DNA of 64,000 bases. Origin: Paraspadella gotoi. Lineage: Eukaryota; Animalia; Chaetognatha. Within the stretch, counting starts at the first letter, position 1; each line of letters begins with the position of its first letter. A program made the position numbers and the translations under genes. The DNA lies in contig JBJCIZ010000239.1 of the NCBI GenBank assembly GCA_051294375.1, positions 1,630,581-1,694,580 of the forward strand. Reading direction: 5' to 3'. Below are positions 58,801 through 64,000 of the stretch, piece by piece. A model generated the notes under the pieces. The model saw only the letters and a list, made by a program, of their open reading frames with translations, made no database searches and was not told where the DNA came from.

Positions 58801-61366
58801 GAAGACGAGGTGGACACGGGAGTTGCGATATAGGATGCGGTGGTGGGAGCAGCGCTCATTGTTACTTTAGATACATTTGGAGTTTCTTTCGATATGATAG
58901 CAACGCCGGGTGCCGAGGATGAAATCGGCGTGATCTTGGGTAAAAAGTTTGGAAGGATCGGCATCGGTGGCGCCGCGTTGGCTGACGGCGGCGGAACCGC
59001 GTTGTAGAAGGTTTGCTGTCGAGACGCGGAGAGCGCGTCGAAACTCGGGACGGCGCCGACGGGCAGAACAGGGCCGTACAAATGGGGGTTCGGGTACTGA
59101 GCGACGAGGGTGGGAATCTGCTGAGCACCGCCAACGCCAGAACCCATCGTGCGATTGATCTCCGCCTTTTGACGGGCGTTCGCCAACGCCTTTTGGAAAA
59201 TGACATCCGTCGTCGTCTTGGTCGTCGGCGTTTGCATGGCCTGGAGGGCCTGGGCTTGTTGGAGGGCCTTGTTCTTACGAACCAGGTGGTGCGAGTAGCA
59301 CTGAGCTATCTCTTCTTGATTGGACGGGCAGGCGACGTTGATGACGGAGCTAATTTATAATCGGTCGAAAAAAGGTGTCGCGTGGAAAAATAAAACTAAA
59401 TTTTAATCACTAAAATAAATTTAACAATTTTAGTTTTTTAAAAGTAAATGATCGGGACAAGAAAATCGTTAATGTGGACGAACTCACCCATCGAGAATGT
59501 GTGGTTTATGCATGAGTCCTTTCTCCCATCCTTCCCAAGAGGCCATCTGGACGAATGCAAAACCTCTGCTTATTCCGCTGTTAGTGTCGATTTTCAAAGT
59601 CACCGACCACACGGGACCGAACAGCTCTAAGTAATTTCTAAAAATAACATTGATTTATTATCTAATTAATAATTAAATATCCTTAATCGCCGATTCGTTA
59701 AAGGAATATTACTTGATAGACTTGGACGTGGTGCAAGGGTTGAGTCCACTCAAGTTATATCGACAACAAATCAAATCCTTCCTGGCCGTTTTGGGGTCCA
59801 ACTGCCTGTTGTCCAAAATATGTAAATTAACTTCGGTCAATTTCTTCACAGCTTCCTTCGTTTGGTAAGACAAGAAACAAAAGCCTGCGGGAGAGAGAAA
59901 TTGAAAAAAAAAAAGGGTTTTTGGTCAATTCTTTAAACTTAAAGCGATGTCAAGAATACAGAGAGACCACACTCGCCTCGACCCGCGGGCCGATTGAATT
60001 TGGTAAGAGGCCCGAATTTGGAAAAGTAATCTCGCAGGCGCCCGTCGCCAGTCTCCAAGTTGATTCCACCGACGAAAACCGAGAGATCTTCGGGATCGAC
60101 GGGTTCCAGATCCGGTTCCTTTTTCTCATCGGATCCGGAGTCGGCGCCGATCGCCGGGATCGGCTTGGGTCCTTGGCCGAGAACTTGGAGAGGTTCAGAT
60201 TTTTCCTCAAAAATGGGGAGCGATTTGACATCTTCATCAATGCCAGGGAGCGGTTGGGAATCTTTGTCGCTCGCCAGAATGGGTTCGGAGACTTCACCGA
60301 GTAAAGGAAGAGATTTGGAATCATCTCCAATTGTAGGGTTCGCAGATGAGGCTGCGTTTGATCCCGAGGGTAAGTCGCCTCCAATAATTATGGGCGAGTT
60401 TAAAGCAGAGGAATCTGAAGAAGCTTTCTCAGTATCCGATGCCGACTTAGCTGTTGCACCGACCATCGGTGATCCGTTCAATAACTCGCCAATTTGTATG
60501 GTCGCCGCCGCCGCCGCCGCTTCGCTCGTCAGTGTCGAGGACTTCTCAGGAATCTGACCGATCGAAGTTTGGCCCAAAGCCACGCCCAATAACGAGGAAA
60601 TCGGAGGTTTCGATTTCTGGTCCTTTCCCCCATCGAGCGGCGCGCGAGAGGGAACTCCCAACGAAGGGATCGATGAATTGGAAGGCGTCTCGTCACCGAA
60701 CAGCGAGATCGGCTCCTCTCTCGTCTGAGAACTCGCTTGAATAGTTATATCGTCATCTTCGGGTGCCGCTTCCTCCGGCGCTTTCGACGCCGTCTCGAGC
60801 TTATCAGTATCTGGCCAGCCAGCGGGCGGCGCCACGGCATCGCCGGCGTCGTACAACTCTATCCCCGGCTCTTCAGGCGTTGGGGAAGCGGCAACGGGCG
60901 GCGGGGAAGGAGCGGTGGGCGGCGGGGAAGGAGCGGTGGGCAGCGGGGAAGCAGCGGTGGGCTGCGGGGAAGCAGCGGCGGTGGCTTCGACGGCTGGTGA
61001 GGGAGAGACGGTCCCAGTTTTGACGGCATTGTCGACGATCTTCCACAGTAGACGCTTCTGTCCTTTGGTGATGGGCAGCTGTTGAATGTCACCCTGCTCC
61101 ATGGCCAGAACCTCCGCCTTGGAGGACCATTCGTCTTCGAGGAGGGCGGCCAGGGTTTCGTGAGTGACGCCGAGTGGAAGGAGCCATCCGCTCAACGCGT
61201 CCGTCGACGCCTGAGACGATTTGGCCGTCTTGGATTCCAGATCGAAGATGGGGACGTCCCTGGTGGTCGGACGATGGTGCGGGTGTGACCCGTTTCTGCC
61301 TTGAGCCTTCGCTTGGCCGTCCAGGGCCTTTTGAACGCTGAGGGGTATAAAGCGTTTAGGAGGCAT
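55868..61366 (-). CDS. Multi-RRM RNA-binding protein with N-terminal SAM-like domain; 3' exons and stop uncertain
   Basis: SAM-like LSGWLLPLGV...DIQQLPITKGQKRLLW; RRMs: VFVGGINL...YFSKFG...RG|FCFLSY, IFVTKIP...YFSSFGAV...AFVTF, VYVANL...YFSQFGAV...FCRVSF, LLVRGL...YAYLTF. GC-AG intron (AG|GCGAGT) near 59976. Confidence 0.78.
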
Positions 61367-63265
61367 GGCGGGATCCTGTTGGATAAACCTTTTCTTTTTT
61401 TTTTTGATCAACTAGAAAAAGTTGGGGAAAGTTTTGGAAACAAGAAAGAAATGTTTTTAAAAAATTAATACTCACTTATTTGGTACTTACTAATGCGTAG
61501 TCACTGTTAGAAAACAAATGAGATTAAAATTAATAAAGATTTTTTTTTTTTGCTTTTGGCATTTTTAACTTTTTTTGATTAAATTTTGTTATGAGGTTTA
61601 ATAATTTAGTAAATAATCAGCAAATAATTATAATAATAATAATAATAATAATAATTTAGAAAATAATTTTGTTTTACATAGTTTGATTTAATTTAATATA
61701 ATTTAATTCAATTATTTAGATTGATATTTATTATTTTTATTTCTTTCGGGCCGAGATTATTATATAAAAATTATCAGTTATTCGCATTAAAACCTAATAG
61801 TATAGGAATAAACAAATTATGAGCAATAATCATTCAGGGTAATTGGGGTTAAAAATTAATAAAAAGGACTAAATAGCAGAAATCTTGTATATAAAATATG
61901 ATAAGACGACGAATTTTCAAACGTATTCTATATAACTGCTTTGAAAATGGTATCACTAGACTTGTGAAATTTAATTCTTTATAATTGTTCTTTCGAATCT
62001 GAAGCACAACGCATAATATTGGGTCCTTACTCAAAAATTATCTAATTATCTTCAGTGGCAGCAGTAGAAATATCAAGCTCAAAATAAAGGCCCATCTCAT
62101 CATTCCATCATATGGCATAAATAGCATAAAAACACAGGAATTCCAAGCGACGAAAGTCAAAATATAAGCCATCCATTAGGTTCATTTCTTCATATCTGAA
62201 ACGAAACAAATACAAACCGAGAAAAAATAATAATCCGCGAATAAATGGATAAGTTCCGGTCGATCTTCGCTCCGAATTCAAGAAGGGAAATCGGCAACGA
62301 TTCGAATTGCCACGATGGCCTTCCCCCAAAATTTTAGATCCATCGACGAGGCGTCTCGTATCACAGATTAAAAATTTCGTGGTTTCATTGTGACAAAAAC
62401 TCAAACCGGCGTGGATTTCATTTAACACCCAAGCAATCCACTAACGATAGGCAGGGAAATTCTTTTAAAAGCCGCGAAACAAAGCGCAGGGATTGCGCCA
62501 TGTTGTATTAAAGGGCTGTTTCTGCTTACAAACAGACCACGCGCGGCCATGGCGATCGAGGCCGCCCTCTGTCCACGACGCCAACGTCGCCTGGGGGAAA
62601 TAAATGAGCAGCGGTTGGAGGCTGAGAAGCCAAACTAACTTCTCCAATCTTCAAGAATTATCAGAATTGCGTGCTTATTGTTTAATACATTTTTCTTATC
62701 ATTAATTCTGATTTGTTTATAATTATTTTGAAGCCTGGTCCGACTGGAGACGTCTGAATATGAGCAAGTTTTGCCAAAATTTCTTTGCTTTTCGAAACCC
62801 TTTCGAGAGACCCTAAAGTTAGCAATATATGAAGTTCTCAAAGGAAGTACCGATTTAATAAATTTATGATTCATTTATGATACCAAGTACCACTTGGTTT
62901 TGATACGCAGCTCAGTCACAGCTTTACAATTAATTCTGACTCAGGGCTAGAATAATTCGATGAACAGAATCGAACCAAGTAATTCAGGGACAAACAAACG
63001 TTAGAGGTCACGTAATCTTTTGCGTAGGAAGCAATCCTCCAATATTTAACAGTTTGATAACAAATAATGCAAGATTTTTTTTATAATTTATAAAAATATA
63101 CGTTTCAATGGAAATACAAACGTAAAATAACGATTCAGGTTCACGTGGGTTAAAATTTCGGGCGTTCCATTAGAATAAAAGCTAGAAAATAAAAGAAATA
63201 CGCAACAAAAAACCAATAGAAATGATAAATTATAAATTATAAATTATCCAAACAAACTGTTCGGT

Positions 63266-64000
63266 TCAAGTCTTCCCTCCAGCCATGTCTACCAATCGAT
63301 TGGCCTGCTTCCTCGACACCTTTTTCTCATAAGACCCCTCCCGCAGCCTCTTCTCCTTGCTGCAGTGTGGCACGGCGCCGTGCTGCAACTGGAAGGCGCA
63401 GAGAGCGTCGAGCGGTTTCAAGAAGGCGCCGACGACGTCGTCGCGATTCTCGATGACTGAAATGGCGAGCGCCGCCGTCTCCACCGTCGAGAGAGTGTTC
63501 GACGTCGGCTGAGTTCGAATCACGTAGCGGCTCTGTAAGGCGGTGGCGGCGTCGGCTGCGTCCTCGTTCGCGGGGTAATATCGTCTCAAAGTGGGAGAGT
63601 TGGTGAACATGACGCGACGACATCGACGAAGAAAATCGTTTTTCTGATACAAGCCTAAAGCCTGAGGCCAAGTCCCGTCCAAGAGGATCAGGTTAAACGG
63701 ACCTTCGGGTTTGGGAGAAGTTTCTGCGAGAAAAAATTACAAAATCGTTTAATACATATTACATAGACACTAGTTTAAGTATTATTAGCACTTTATAGTA
63801 AGCTTAAAAGTAAGTTTAATGTATTAATTAAACTCTCCTGGATAACAAGATTTAATTACGACTGATTAGTCAAATATTAAACACACAAACAAAATTAGCA
63901 AAACCCAACCAATGCCCGCATGTGGTTACTTGTCTAATGTCTATGTCGTCGCCATTGTGGTCGTCTTTGTCTTTTTGGCCATCGCGTTGATTTCTCAAAT
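63266..64000 (-). CDS. DTWD2: DTW domain protein 2 (tRNA-uridine aminocarboxypropyltransferase), 5' part beyond window end
   Basis: NLILLDGTWPQA, SRYVIRTQP..TLSTVETAALA, LKPLDALCAFQLQHGA. Confidence 0.92.

Noticed and set aside
62535-62590. GATCGCCA resembling the 7SK 5' stem
   Set aside because: Second GATC motif and 3' terminal stem with U-run not found.
63120-63140. AAAATAACGATTC resembling part of U12 snRNA
   Set aside because: Lacks the upstream TGAGTAAGG branch-pairing sequence and the downstream Sm site.

Overview
Gene-dense eukaryotic (metazoan, most likely arthropod/crustacean-like) nuclear DNA with GC-rich exons, short AT-rich introns and one scaffold gap (N run 52817-52825). I can support 22 protein-coding genes: PLC-gamma (partial), PPM1G, CutA, ISY1, PP2A-B56, NIFK, TMED2, BLOC1S3, a tandem-MIT protein, CDK12/13, a B3GALNT2-like glycosyltransferase, TMEM243, an NCAM/Fas2-like TM micro-protein, MRPL9, an SCI1-like protein, ICMT, a G-alpha s/f subunit, a sulfotransferase-like protein, RRP12, POFUT2, a SAM+RRM protein and DTWD2 (partial). 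All 22 lie on the minus strand. Many stop-to-start gaps are only 53-600 bp, and most start codons are preceded by an apparently unpaired polypyrimidine-AG splice acceptor. This suggests a long polycistronic transcription unit resolved by spliced-leader trans-splicing (inference, needs RNA data). Introns also carry a tRNA-derived SINE family, a second dispersed repeat and a short hairpin repeat. Exon boundaries were read by eye and gene spans include introns.
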